In this document: positions 1 through 10,291 of the stretch, piece by piece | Layout of the letters: every line of letters starts with the position of its first letter | How positions within the stretch are numbered: position 1 is the first letter of the stretch | Program-made: the position numbers and the translations under genes | Source of the DNA: Myxococcota bacterium | GTDB lineage: Bacteria; Myxococcota_A; UBA9160; UBA4427 | Direction: 5' to 3' | DNA length: 64,000 nucleotides | NCBI GenBank assembly: GCA_965250285.1 | Contig: OZ252299.1 | Location: forward strand, 3,392,001-3,456,000 | Notes under the pieces: model-generated | What the model was told of the DNA's origin: nothing | The model's input: the letters and a program-made list of their open reading frames with translations, nothing else | The model's database searches: none

Positions 1-2
1 GC

Positions 3-188
3 GCGAATGCCCAGCTGCAGGATACGCGCGCACAGCTCGGCCTCACGTACTACTCGCTCGGGCGGACGCGCGACGCGCTGACCGAGTGGCAGCGCGTCGA
101 AGCCGAAACGCCCGGTCGCGCCGACGTCGCGATGTATCTGCAGCTCGTCGGCGAGGCGATCGGCGACGACGGCGCGGAGCCCGCGTGA
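3..188 (+). CDS. C-terminal fragment of a TPR-like protein (5' truncated by window edge)
   Basis: Own translation ANAQLQDTRAQLGLTYYSLGRTRDALTEWQRVEAETPGRADVAMYLQLV...; TPR-like LGxxYYxLG..A pattern; TGA overlaps the GTG of the next gene (GTGA). Confidence 0.6.
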   Translation, partial: ANAQLQDTRAQLGLTYYSLGRTRDALTEWQRVEAETPGRADVAMYLQLVGEAIGDDGAEPA

Positions 189-706
189 CGCCGCTCGACG
201 GCATCGTGCTGACCGTCATCCTCGCCGCCCTCGCGCGCGGCCTCTTCATCGGGCTCGTGCGCGAAGGGTTCTCGATGGTCGCGCTCGCCTCGGCCGTGCT
301 GATCACCCGAGCCACCGCACCCACCGCGGGCGTCTGGCTGAACGAGCGCACCGGCGGACAGATCGGCGAGCTCGCCGCGCCCTGGGTCGCCGGCTTCGTG
401 ATCGCGCTCGCGACGGCGGCGGCCATGGGCCTCGTCGGTCGACTGGCCCGCAAGGGGGTGCGCCTGGCCGGACTCTCGTGGTTCGACCGCGTCGGCGGCG
501 GCGCGCTCGGCCTGGCCGAGGGCGTGCTCGTATCGGCCCTCGTCGTACTCGGCGCGGTCTGGATCGTCGGCCGCGACCACCCGGGTGTCGCCGATTCGCG
601 CAGCCTCGCGACCTACGACGCGATGCAATCGGCCGTGTTGGAGCGTGCGGACGAGCTGCCCGATCTGCCCGAGCTGCCGTCGGTCGCCCTGCCCGGGGAT
701 CGCTGA
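185..706 (+). CDS. cvpA: CvpA (colicin V production) family membrane protein
   Basis: LDGIVLTVIL...GLFIGLVRE N-terminus and LSWFDRVGGGALGLAEG motif; four hydrophobic segments; GTG start at 185. Confidence 0.8.
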   Translation: MTPLDGIVLTVILAALARGLFIGLVREGFSMVALASAVLITRATAPTAGVWLNERTGGQIGELAAPWVAGFVIALATAAAMGLVGRLARKGVRLAGLSWFDRVGGGALGLAEGVLVSALVVLGAVWIVGRDHPGVADSRSLATYDAMQSAVLERADELPDLPELPSVALPGDR

Positions 707-710
707 CTGC

Positions 711-2972
711 TCAGTTCGCGAGCACGCGCGACCGGGCCTCGGCCTTCTCCCACATGCGCACGTAGCCTTCCGCACTGCGGAAGAACGGTTCGAGCTCTGC
801 GTCGGTCACGCCGTCACCGCGGACGTCTTCGATCAGCTCGGGCAAGAGACCGAGGTGAGCGAGCCCTTCGGTGTTGAAGTCGATGCTGCGCTCACCGAGC
901 GTGGGCGGCTCGAACGTCACGTCACCCGCGTAGGACGTGAATGGGTAGGTGACCGGGTCGCTCTGATCGGTGCACCCGCTGGCAGGGCCGAAACGCGGCC
1001 CACGCGCGCCGGCGAAGCCGTTCAGGTCGAGGCCGAAGCCTTCGGCCGGGTAGCCGCCGTTCGCCTCGATGAGCGCAATGCGCGCCTGCCACCCGTCGTC
1101 GACGGTGGCGGGCTCGGTGCCACGGCACGTGCCGAAGCCCGACTTCGAGACACCGCCCAGGGCATAGAGCGCACCGCCCGCGTTGAGCCCGTGCGTGCCG
1201 GCCGCCGGATAGTCGGCCGCCTCCATCATCTCGAACGCCCGCGCATACGAGCGTCGCGGCAGATGGTCGATCTCGAGGATCATCCCGCGCGCCATCATCT
1301 CCTCGATCAAGAACTCGCCGAGCATGGTGAGACCGGTGCCCTGGCACACGGGACCGGGGTTTGGAGGCGTGACGGTCGGGAAGAGCACGCCAATGACGTC
1401 GGGGCTCAGCACCGTGCCGATCGGGTCGACCGGGAACGCCGAGAGATCGGGCGCCGGCTCGGGCGACGCGACGTCCCCGCGGTTGATCTGCGGGAACGCG
1501 ATCTCACCTCGATCGAAGACCGTATTGATCGACGTGTCGCAGTCGGTGACGAAGTCGTTCCAATCCCCCGTCTGAAAGAAGTTGCCGAGCTCGATGACGG
1601 ACTTGTCGCCGTCGCCCGCCGAGAAGCCGTTGTCGTACTTGTGCACGGGGAAGAGGGCTCGAACGCCGCGGCCGTAGTAGGCGTCGAGCGACGCGACGAC
1701 GTCGGCCTCAGTGCAGGCGGCGAACGGCGGTCGCGGGTTCTCGAAGCAGTCGAAGAGGTTCGACGTCTCGATGCCGAGGATCACGGCCAGCTTGCCCGAC
1801 TCGATCACCGCCCGCGCCTCGGCGGGCGAAGTCACGACGCGAAAGAACCCCCGCCCCGGACCGCCGTACTGGGCATCGATGTAGTCCTGCATCGCCCACG
1901 TTTCGTCGACGATGCGATCGACGCCGACCATGTCGTTGCACGAGTACCGCACGGGTTGGGTGCCGGGCGCGGCCAGGATGTCGCAGATGATCTGGTTCGT
2001 CGTCGCGTGCTGGACGATCAGGCGCAACCCGCCCATCCAGGCGCGCTCGATCCATCGCCAGTACTGCACCTGGTGCGTCGAGCTGAAGGGGGCCGCCGGC
2101 CAATCGGTGAAGGTCGGCCAGCCGTCGGTCGCGTGGCTGTCTTCGGGTGTCTCGCCGGTCGCGAAGCTCGTGAGCAGCACGTTCGGGTCGGCGCTCTCGC
2201 CCTGATCGAAGCCGTAGCCGAAGAGATCCTGGCGCCCATTCACGCCGTGGAATCGCTCGCAGTCGCCGAGTGCGTGCTCGATCCCGAGCGCGTGAAACGG
2301 CGAACCGTGAAAGATGCCGCCACCCCCGAAGCCGAAGTTCGAGAGCAGGTGCGAGTGCGTATCGGCGAAGCCGAAGAGGTCACCATCGGGCCACGTCGTG
2401 CGAGCGACCGCCCCCGTCGCGTTGAGATCGGCCTCGGGGAATGGGGTGCAACCCGCGCGCTCGACGAGATCGATCTCGAGCGCCCGCACCAGCAGCGGCG
2501 TCATCTCGCCGCGCTCGACGAAACGACCGCTCTTCTGGTGGCGCAGGTGGCGCACCGACCGGTCGGCCTGACGCGTGACGAACGTCCACTCGGCCTCCGA
2601 CTCATAGCCGTCGTCGACGAGGGTGATGTCCGACTCGAGGGCCTCGTCGCGAAGCAGGCGTTCGCCGTCGGAGACCACGAACCCGCCCCGATCGTCGCGA
2701 AGCAGAAAACGGCCGATGCCCGAGGGCTTGAGTGAGAACGGCGTCGCCCGGCCCGGCGTCGCACTCGTGAAGACGTAGCCCGAGTCGTCGCGCTCGACCT
2801 CGAGGTGGTAGACGAGCCCCGAGTTCAGATCTTTCCCGCGGACGGCGTAGCACCCGGGGTCGATGCGTCGCGTGTCGACGGCGTCGCCCTCGACACCGCT
2901 CTCGTCATCGCAGGCACTCGCGACGAAGAGCAGGAGGGGGAGGACCAGCAGGAGCCGTAGACGAGAGTGCAT
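711..2972 (-). CDS. Lipoprotein, amidohydrolase/membrane dipeptidase (M19-like) family
   Basis: Lipobox FVASA-C; metal-ligand motifs FADTHSH, LGIETS, VHKYDN, EIDH, DLNG and GLAHLGLLPELIED. Confidence 0.7.
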   Translation of the reverse strand: MHSRLRLLLVLPLLLFVASACDDESGVEGDAVDTRRIDPGCYAVRGKDLNSGLVYHLEVERDDSGYVFTSATPGRATPFSLKPSGIGRFLLRDDRGGFVVSDGERLLRDEALESDITLVDDGYESEAEWTFVTRQADRSVRHLRHQKSGRFVERGEMTPLLVRALEIDLVERAGCTPFPEADLNATGAVARTTWPDGDLFGFADTHSHLLSNFGFGGGGIFHGSPFHALGIEHALGDCERFHGVNGRQDLFGYGFDQGESADPNVLLTSFATGETPEDSHATDGWPTFTDWPAAPFSSTHQVQYWRWIERAWMGGLRLIVQHATTNQIICDILAAPGTQPVRYSCNDMVGVDRIVDETWAMQDYIDAQYGGPGRGFFRVVTSPAEARAVIESGKLAVILGIETSNLFDCFENPRPPFAACTEADVVASLDAYYGRGVRALFPVHKYDNGFSAGDGDKSVIELGNFFQTGDWNDFVTDCDTSINTVFDRGEIAFPQINRGDVASPEPAPDLSAFPVDPIGTVLSPDVIGVLFPTVTPPNPGPVCQGTGLTMLGEFLIEEMMARGMILEIDHLPRRSYARAFEMMEAADYPAAGTHGLNAGGALYALGGVSKSGFGTCRGTEPATVDDGWQARIALIEANGGYPAEGFGLDLNGFAGARGPRFGPASGCTDQSDPVTYPFTSYAGDVTFEPPTLGERSIDFNTEGLAHLGLLPELIEDVRGDGVTDAELEPFFRSAEGYVRMWEKAEARSRVLAN

Positions 2973-3090
2973 CGGCGGACGATGTCACGTTCACGGACTG
3001 AAAGGCAACGCCGAAAGGGGCGCCGCGTTGACTTCGCGAAACGCGGAGCCGCCGAAGCACAGACCCGAGAGCGGGCCTCGAATTGCGGTT

Positions 3091-5169
3091 TCAGCTCGAC
3101 TCGGCGTCCATCGGTGGGTCGATCCAGCGACCGTGCTCGCGGATCAGGTCGACGAGTCGGTCGGGCGCTTCGGTCTGCGGCACGGCGCGCTGCACCACCT
3201 CTTTGCCGACGTAGAGGCTGACCTGGTCGACGCCGCTGCCGACGTAGCCGAAGTCGGCGTCGGCCATCTCGCCCGGCCCGTTCACGATGCATCCCATGAC
3301 GGCGATCTTCACGCCCGAGAGGTGTTCGGTGCGGCTCTTGATGAGCGCCGTCGTCTCTTCGAGGTCGAAGAGCGTGCGCCCACACGAAGGGCACGAGATG
3401 TACTCGGTACGCGTCGTGCGCCGGCGTGCGCCCTGCAGGATGCGATAGCAGGCGTCGACGGCTTTCACGGGGTCACCGAAACGCGCGAGGCTCACCATGT
3501 CGCCCACGCCGTCGCAGAGCGAGGCCCCGAAGTCGACCGAGGCCTCGAGCAGAGCGGCCTCGTCGGCCGTGTCCTCAGGCCGGCCGTGGCGCAGCACGAT
3601 CGGGCAGGCGTCGGCCCCGAGGCGCGAGAGCGCGGCGGCGAGCACGCGCACGGCGTGGGTCTCGCGATGCGACTCGACGGAGAAGAGCGGTGTTTCGAGG
3701 CCGGCCTCCCGCGCGACGCGCAGGGTCTCTTCGGCGAGCTTCGGCAGATCGGGACGCTCACCGCGCAGACACCACTCGAGCGCGACGCCGCGATTGGCCG
3801 CGGCGGCCGCTGCGGCGTCGACGGCCGAGGGATCGCTGTTCGACTCGACCTCGGCGATGACGCGCGCAGGTCGCGTCTCGCCCCCGACCACGGCCGGCAC
3901 GAGCGCAGCCGGTGCGCGCACCGCCAGGGGCAGCGAGACACCGAGCGACTCGAGCTGCGCGCGAAAGCGTGGCCACTGCGCGATCTCAGCGGGATCGGCG
4001 ATGCGGATCGCGAGCGACTCGGCCTCGACGTCGGTCTGCAAGGCGAGCGCAGTCGCGACTTTCGCTGCGATCGCCTCGCCGTACGGCAGCGCGCGACCGA
4101 GGTCGATCTCGACGCGCGGAGGCGCATCCCCCCCGATCGTGAGCCCGCCGGCATCCACCCCTTCACTCGCCCGCGGTACGTGCGCGTAGGGGGAAGGCGC
4201 TTCGCCGGCCTCGAGCGGAATCGGACGTGTGTCGAGCTCGGCGGCCATCTGATCGGCCATCCAGCGGCGATGGGCGCGCTCGGCGAGCGCGCGCGCGACC
4301 GGCACTTCTTTCACGGGGTCTTCGGTCAACGACACCCGGATCGTGTCGCCGAGGCCATCCTCGAGCAGCGCACCGATGCCGATGGCGCTCTTGATCCGCC
4401 CGTCTTCGGCGTCGCCGGCCTCGGTCACACCGACGTGGAAGGGATAGCCCGGTTCACCGGGCGCGCGGGCCTCGAGCCGCGCCGCCAGCAGACGATAGGC
4501 GTGGATCGCGACCTGGGTGTTCGACGCCTTCATGCTGAAGACGACGTCGTGGAAGCCTTCGTCTTCGCACACGTCGAGAAACTCGAGCGCGCTCTCGACC
4601 ATGCCCTCGGGCGTGTCGCCGAAGCGGTTCATGATGCGGTCGCTGAGCGAGCCGTGGTTGGTGCCGATACGCATCGCGACGCCGTTCAGCTTGCAGCGTT
4701 GCACGAGGGGACGAAACCGCTCGGCGACGCGGTCGAGCTCTTCGGCGTACTGGGCCTCGCTGTACTCGCGTACCTCGAACTTCTTCTTGTCGGCGTAGTT
4801 GCCCGGGTTGACGCGCACCTTCGCAACGTGGTCGGCGGCGATCAGAGCGGCGTTCGGCGTGAAGTGGATGTCGGCGACGAGCGGCACCGAGACACCCCGC
4901 AACTGTAGCTCCCGGGTGATCTCGGCCAGGTTCTCGGCATCGCGGATCGAGGGGGCGGTGACGCGGACGATCGGGCAGTCGGCGTCGGCCAGGCGCTCGA
5001 TCTGATCGGCCGTCGCCTTGGTATCCATCGTGTCGGTGTTCGTCATCGACTGGACGACGATCGGCCCGGGGCCGCCGATGACGACGTCGCCCACGCGCAC
5101 CGGTCGCGTCAGGCGCCGCCTAGGCGCGAACACGTCGTGCACGTAGCTGAGCGAATCGGGCTTCTTCAT
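3091..5169 (-). CDS. ispG: HMBPP synthase IspG, long three-domain form
   Basis: VVQSMTNT, LVADIHF, RVNPGN, RIGTNHGSLS, HVGVTEAG, GDTIRVSLT, YISCPSCGRT, IAVMGCIVNGPGEMADAD. Confidence 0.97.
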   Translation of the reverse strand: MKKPDSLSYVHDVFAPRRRLTRPVRVGDVVIGGPGPIVVQSMTNTDTMDTKATADQIERLADADCPIVRVTAPSIRDAENLAEITRELQLRGVSVPLVADIHFTPNAALIAADHVAKVRVNPGNYADKKKFEVREYSEAQYAEELDRVAERFRPLVQRCKLNGVAMRIGTNHGSLSDRIMNRFGDTPEGMVESALEFLDVCEDEGFHDVVFSMKASNTQVAIHAYRLLAARLEARAPGEPGYPFHVGVTEAGDAEDGRIKSAIGIGALLEDGLGDTIRVSLTEDPVKEVPVARALAERAHRRWMADQMAAELDTRPIPLEAGEAPSPYAHVPRASEGVDAGGLTIGGDAPPRVEIDLGRALPYGEAIAAKVATALALQTDVEAESLAIRIADPAEIAQWPRFRAQLESLGVSLPLAVRAPAALVPAVVGGETRPARVIAEVESNSDPSAVDAAAAAAANRGVALEWCLRGERPDLPKLAEETLRVAREAGLETPLFSVESHRETHAVRVLAAALSRLGADACPIVLRHGRPEDTADEAALLEASVDFGASLCDGVGDMVSLARFGDPVKAVDACYRILQGARRRTTRTEYISCPSCGRTLFDLEETTALIKSRTEHLSGVKIAVMGCIVNGPGEMADADFGYVGSGVDQVSLYVGKEVVQRAVPQTEAPDRLVDLIREHGRWIDPPMDAESS

Positions 5170-5268
5170 CTCTACTCGGTTCGACGCTGCGCGCGTCCTC
5201 GGCGTTTCACGCCAAACGCGAATCCCCGCGGCCTCGCGCGTGCGGGCGCGTGGATCGCGTGCAGCGCC

Positions 5269-7905
5269 CTAGGCGCCGACGATCTCGTAGAAGCGGGTGA
5301 GGGCGTCGTCGATCTTCGATGCGTCCTTGCCGCCGGCCTGCGCAAAATCTGGACGCCCACCGCCGCCGCCGCCGACCATGCCGGCGAGCTCCTTGACGAT
5401 GTCGCCGGCCTTGTACGACCCGATCAGATCCTTGGTGACGCCGACGGCGACCAGCACCTTGCCGCCGTTGTCCGACAGCAGGGCCACCACCGACGACCCG
5501 AGCCGATTGCGGAGGTCGTCGACCATCGAAGACAGCTCCTTGGCGTCGGTGCCCTCGAGCCTCGCGGCCAGGGCCTGGCCCCCCTCGATCTCGCGTGCCG
5601 ACTCGAGCAGATCGCCTGCCCCCTGGCCGCGCTTCTCGGCGCGAAGCTTCTCGAGCTCGCGCTCGAGCTCGCGGCGTTCGGCGATCAGCTTCTCGACGCG
5701 GTCGGGGAGCTCGGCGACCGGCGCCTTCAGCAGCTCGGCCGCGCGGCGTTCGCGCTCTTCGCCGGCGCGCACGTGCGCCAGTGCGCCGTGCCCGGTCAGG
5801 GCTTCGATGCGACGCACGCCCGCCGCCACGCCCGACTCGCCGACGACCTTGAGCAGGCCGATCTCGCCCGTCGCCTGCGCGTGGGTGCCGCCGCAGAGCT
5901 CGGTCGAAGCATCACCGAACGACACGACGCGCACCTCGTCGCCATACTTCTCGTCGAAGATCGCGATGGCGCCACTCTTCACGGCGTCGTCGTACGACAT
6001 CAGAGCGGTCGAGCCGCCGCTGTTCTCTTCGATCCACCCGTTCACGAGATCTTCGATGCGATCGATCTCGTCGCGACTGAGCGGCGAGTCGTGAGTGAAG
6101 TCGAAGCGCAGTCGCTCCGGCCCGACGAGCGAGCCCTTCTGCATCGCCTGGGGCCCGAGCACCGCGCGCAGCGCCGAGTGGAGCAGGTGCGTACCGGTGT
6201 GATTGCGCACGGTGGCCTGCCTGGCCTCGGCGTCGACGTGCAGGCTCGCTTCGGTGTCGACCGCGAGCTCCCCCTCGACCACCTTGCCCCGGTGCACGAA
6301 GAGGCCATCGACGGGCTTCTGGGTGTCCTCGACCTCGACGCGTCCGGTCGAGGTCGTGAGCAGGCCGCGATCGCCCACCTGGCCACCGCTCTCGGCGTAG
6401 AAGGGTGTCTCGTCGGTCACGACCTCGACGGCGTCGCCGAGCCCCGCCCGATCCTTCGGCTCGCCGCCGACGAGCAGCGCCGCGATGTTCGATGTCGCTT
6501 CGAGCCCGTCGTAGCCGACGAACTGCGTCGTGACGTCGGAGGCGATGCGACCGTAGACCTCAGCGATCTGTGTGTCGCCGCTGCCCTTCCAGGCCGCCCG
6601 CGCCCGCTCGCGCTGCGCGCTCATCGCCCCGTCGAAACCCGCCTGGTCGACGTCCATCTCGTGGCCACGCAGGATGTCCTCGGTGAGATCGACCGGGAAC
6701 CCGAACGTGTCGTAGAGCTTGAAGACGCTCTCGCCCGGCAGCGTCGTCTCGCCCTTCTGCTTGAGATCGGCGATCTCGTCTTCGAGCAGCAGCAGCCCCT
6801 TCTCGAGCGTCTCGAGAAAGCGCTCTTCTTCGCGCCGGATGCGATCGGTGATGAAGGCGCGTCGCTCGACGAGGTCGGGGTACGCGCCGCCCATCTCGTC
6901 GATCACGGCATCGGCGACGCTGTGGATGAAGGGCTCGCGCACGTCGAGCAGCACGCCGTGGCGCGAAGCGCGCCGCAGGATCCGACGCAGCACGTAGCCG
7001 CGCCCGGCGTTCGACGGCAGCACGCCGTCGCCGATCAGGAACGAGAGCGCCCGAGCATGGTCGGCCACCACGCGCAGCGAGACGTCGCTCTCGTCGGCGG
7101 CGCCGAGCTGAACGCCCGAGATGTCCTGGGCCCGGGCGAGGATGCCCTCGAAGAGGTCGCTGTCGTAGTTGTTGCGCTTGCCCTGGAGCACCGCAGCCCA
7201 GCGCTCGAGACCGCCCCCGGTGTCGATCGACGGCTTCGGCAGCGGCGTCTGCTTGCCGTCTGCGTCGCGGTTGTACTGCATGAAGACGAGGTTCCAGACC
7301 TCCATCCAGCGACCGCAGTCGCAGGACGGGTCGCACACCGAGCTGGGGCAGTCGTCGGGTCGACCGAAGTCGAAGTGGATCTCGCTGCAAGGGCCGCACG
7401 GACCGGTGTCGCCCATCGACCAGAAGTTTTCGCTCGCACCGAGGCGATAGATGCGCTCGGCGGGGATCCCCATGCGGTCTTCCCAGATCGAGAACGCCTC
7501 ATCGTCGTCTTCGTAGACCGAGATCGCGAGCTTGTCGCCGTCGAAGCCGACCCCGTCGGTCAACAGCTCCCACGCGTACTGGACCGCTTCTTCCTTGAAG
7601 TAGTCGCCGAACGAGAAGTTGCCGAGCATCTCGAAGAAGGTGTGATGGCGCGGTGTGCGGCCCACGTTCTCGAGATCGTTGTGCTTGCCCGAAACCCGCA
7701 TGCACTTCTGCGATGTGGTCGCGCGGCTGTAACCCCGCGACTCCTCGCCGAGGAAGACCCGCTTGAAGGGCACCATGCCGGCGTTCACGAACATCAGGGT
7801 CGGATCGCTGTCGGGGACGAGCGAGTAGCTCTGGATCCGGCGGTGGCCGTTCCGCTCGAAGTAGGAGAGGAACTGCTCACGGATCTCGTTGGCCGCGAGC
7901 GGCAT
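5269..7905 (-). CDS. alaS: Alanine--tRNA ligase
   Basis: FVNAGMVPFK, RHHTFFEMLGNFSFGDYFK, NHTGTHLL, ELCGGTH, GGGGGRPDFAQAGG. Confidence 0.99.
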   Translation of the reverse strand: MPLAANEIREQFLSYFERNGHRRIQSYSLVPDSDPTLMFVNAGMVPFKRVFLGEESRGYSRATTSQKCMRVSGKHNDLENVGRTPRHHTFFEMLGNFSFGDYFKEEAVQYAWELLTDGVGFDGDKLAISVYEDDDEAFSIWEDRMGIPAERIYRLGASENFWSMGDTGPCGPCSEIHFDFGRPDDCPSSVCDPSCDCGRWMEVWNLVFMQYNRDADGKQTPLPKPSIDTGGGLERWAAVLQGKRNNYDSDLFEGILARAQDISGVQLGAADESDVSLRVVADHARALSFLIGDGVLPSNAGRGYVLRRILRRASRHGVLLDVREPFIHSVADAVIDEMGGAYPDLVERRAFITDRIRREEERFLETLEKGLLLLEDEIADLKQKGETTLPGESVFKLYDTFGFPVDLTEDILRGHEMDVDQAGFDGAMSAQRERARAAWKGSGDTQIAEVYGRIASDVTTQFVGYDGLEATSNIAALLVGGEPKDRAGLGDAVEVVTDETPFYAESGGQVGDRGLLTTSTGRVEVEDTQKPVDGLFVHRGKVVEGELAVDTEASLHVDAEARQATVRNHTGTHLLHSALRAVLGPQAMQKGSLVGPERLRFDFTHDSPLSRDEIDRIEDLVNGWIEENSGGSTALMSYDDAVKSGAIAIFDEKYGDEVRVVSFGDASTELCGGTHAQATGEIGLLKVVGESGVAAGVRRIEALTGHGALAHVRAGEERERRAAELLKAPVAELPDRVEKLIAERRELERELEKLRAEKRGQGAGDLLESAREIEGGQALAARLEGTDAKELSSMVDDLRNRLGSSVVALLSDNGGKVLVAVGVTKDLIGSYKAGDIVKELAGMVGGGGGGRPDFAQAGGKDASKIDDALTRFYEIVGA

Positions 7906-8187
7906 GGCGATTTCTCCAGCAGGGTCGCGAGGATGCGCGAAGCGGGAGAATACCGAATCCCCCGAGGAAGGGGCATTGCCACGCGCAGCGCGCCGTGTGT
8001 TCGAAGGCCGCTCGGTGCCTTCGGCGGGCGCCTCGCCGGATCGGTCGGGAAGCGGACGCGATCTGACCCGACGCGTCCGGTCGGCCGACCCACGCGTGCT
8101 TCGAGAACGCCGTGACCGATGCCCGACTCGCCGCGTTCGGGTGAGCCGGGGCGGTCGCCGAACGGCTGGGCCGATCGAGCGCCCTGC

Positions 8188-8256
8188 CCGAGAACGACTT
8201 CGAGCGCAGCACCACGGTGGCCGAGAACGACTTCGAGCGCAGCACCACGGTGGCCG
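8188..8256. repeat. Perfect 33-bp tandem duplication
   Basis: CCGAGAACGACTTCGAGCGCAGCACCACGGTGG at 8188-8220 and 8221-8253, intergenic. Confidence 0.95.
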
Positions 8257-8310
8257 CGAGCTTGGCCATGCGACGAGCGGCGCGCGTCGGCACGCCCGGC
8301 GTCGGGCCTC

Positions 8311-9264
8311 CTACGAACGTGCCTCGGGACCCGAGCGGCGGCCGAACAGCAGGACGATGCCCGCGCCGAAGAGCAACGCCGCGGTCGGCTCGGGCACTGC
8401 GGATGTCGGACCGCCCCCCGGCGGCGAGTCCGATCCGACCATGCCTCCTCCGAGACCGTCGCCCGCGCCCGAATCGTCGCCGCCGCCCTGATCGTCGCCG
8501 GCGCCGGGGTCACCGGTGCCGCCCCCTTCGTCGTCCCCCCCTGGCAGAGCCGGCCCGCCATAGTTGCCAGGTTGATCCGGATCGTAGATGCACGGGGACA
8601 CGGGGTGGCCTTGGCCACTCGGCGTGCAGTACCGAATCCAGTCGCTCGACGTCACACCGATCGGGTCACCGAGCGCGACGAGATCCGTGAAGTCGATGCT
8701 GGGGAAGTCCGTCGGGTCGTCGTCGAGCGTGACGATGTTCCCGGCGCCGAAGGCGAGGAGCAAGCCCGCGTCGCCCTGGCCGGACTTCTCGAACACCAGC
8801 GTCGCCAGGAGCTCACGATCCGACGCAACGCCTACGGCCGCATCGGGTCTGTGGAACTGACTCGAGATGAAGTCGACGTTGACCTGGTTGGAGTGGACGG
8901 GCCAGGGTGTGGGCGTCGGCGAGAGCGGCTCGAGGAACCGGGCCGGATCCCCCTTGCCCCCACTCGGTCGGTACAACGGATAGGGGTTCGTCGACGAACT
9001 CGTTTGCACGTAAGACATGACGCCCGGATCGAAGAAGACCCCGACCGACAACGCGAGCGTGCGCGTCTCGTCGGCGGTATCGAGAAAGAGGTCGACCGAG
9101 ACGGCGTCGCCCACCTGCAGCGTCTCTACGCTCTGGTCGGCTTCGAGCCAGAGGCGATAGGCCACCGCGGTCGACGGCAGTACCAGGGAGAACGAAGTCG
9201 CTACGAACAACGCAGCGGCGAGCATCCCCTTTTTCAGAGAAGCACGATGATCAGTCTTCGGCAT
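8311..9264 (-). CDS. PEP-CTERM sorting-domain surface protein
   Basis: Signal peptide, Gly/Asp-rich linker, C-terminal VPEP-TAALLFGAGIVLLF-GRR; GGAGG before ATG at 9264. Confidence 0.88.
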   Translation of the reverse strand: MPKTDHRASLKKGMLAAALFVATSFSLVLPSTAVAYRLWLEADQSVETLQVGDAVSVDLFLDTADETRTLALSVGVFFDPGVMSYVQTSSSTNPYPLYRPSGGKGDPARFLEPLSPTPTPWPVHSNQVNVDFISSQFHRPDAAVGVASDRELLATLVFEKSGQGDAGLLLAFGAGNIVTLDDDPTDFPSIDFTDLVALGDPIGVTSSDWIRYCTPSGQGHPVSPCIYDPDQPGNYGGPALPGGDDEGGGTGDPGAGDDQGGGDDSGAGDGLGGGMVGSDSPPGGGPTSAVPEPTAALLFGAGIVLLFGRRSGPEARS

Positions 9265-9706
9265 CGGTCCCTCCGTATCTCTTCCTTCATGCGCAGGCCG
9301 CACGGCCAGACCAAACGCTTCGCGTCCGTCGCCACATCATTGTATCTGCGCGCGATGCAGAGCCGACAACGAATCGCGGTTCGAGCAGGCACGGCCGGCT
9401 CACCGCCTCCACGCAAGCGTCACCGATCACGCACGATCCTCGGCGAGTTCGTCCGCAGGCACGGGCTCGACCTCGGCGTACCCGCCGAGGTCCCGGCGAG
9501 ATGATCGCGGCATGGCAGCGGTCACTTCCTCGAACGAGCAGTGGCGTCGATCGCGACGAGCGCAGCCGCCCCACGCGGATAGAGCCGCACCGACCGATGC
9601 GGCCGCTCCCCTACTCCAAGGCTCGCCGCGCGCCGCTACGCTGCGGCCGAGCGCCAACGACGACGTCGGGCGCGATCATGAATTCGAGAGAGCGAGGAGC
9701 CGACCG

Positions 9707-10243
9707 ATGACCGACCCCGAGCCCACACCGACCGAAGCGCCCGTCATCGACCAGGCGCGCTTGAACTACGCGCTCGAGCAGCTGCGAAGCGAAGAGAACT
9801 TTCCGGTCGCCGTGATCGCGGGCGTGCTCGCATCGGCGGTCGGCGCAGCGGCGTGGACGGCGATCACGGTGGTCACGGGGTATCAGATCGGGTTCATGGC
9901 GATCGGCGTGGGCTTCCTCGTCGCGCTCACGATCCGCGCCACGGGCAAGGGCATGAGCACGAAGTTCCAGATCCTCGGCGCGCTGCTCGCCCTACTTGGC
10001 TGCATGGCCGGCAACCTGCTGACGGTGTGCTGGTTCATCGCCGAGAACGAGGGCATCGCGTTCCTCGATCTGCTCGTGCAGATCGACCCCGTCGTGATCC
10101 CCGAGATCATGATCAGCACGTTCTCGGGGATGGACCTCGTCTTCTACGCGATCGCCGTCTACGAGGGCTACCGACTCTCGCTCCGCTCGATCACAGAGGA
10201 CGAGCTGATCCACCTCGGTCAGTCGAGCGCCCCAACCAGCTGA
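9707..10243 (+). CDS. Hypothetical integral membrane protein
   Basis: GAGGAG RBS before ATG 9707; 3-4 hydrophobic helices; host-like codon usage. Confidence 0.75.
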   Translation: MTDPEPTPTEAPVIDQARLNYALEQLRSEENFPVAVIAGVLASAVGAAAWTAITVVTGYQIGFMAIGVGFLVALTIRATGKGMSTKFQILGALLALLGCMAGNLLTVCWFIAENEGIAFLDLLVQIDPVVIPEIMISTFSGMDLVFYAIAVYEGYRLSLRSITEDELIHLGQSSAPTS

Positions 10244-10291
10244 CATCGGCGTGCGCGCGGCGCCGCATCGAACCCGGACGCCCCCGCCCCA

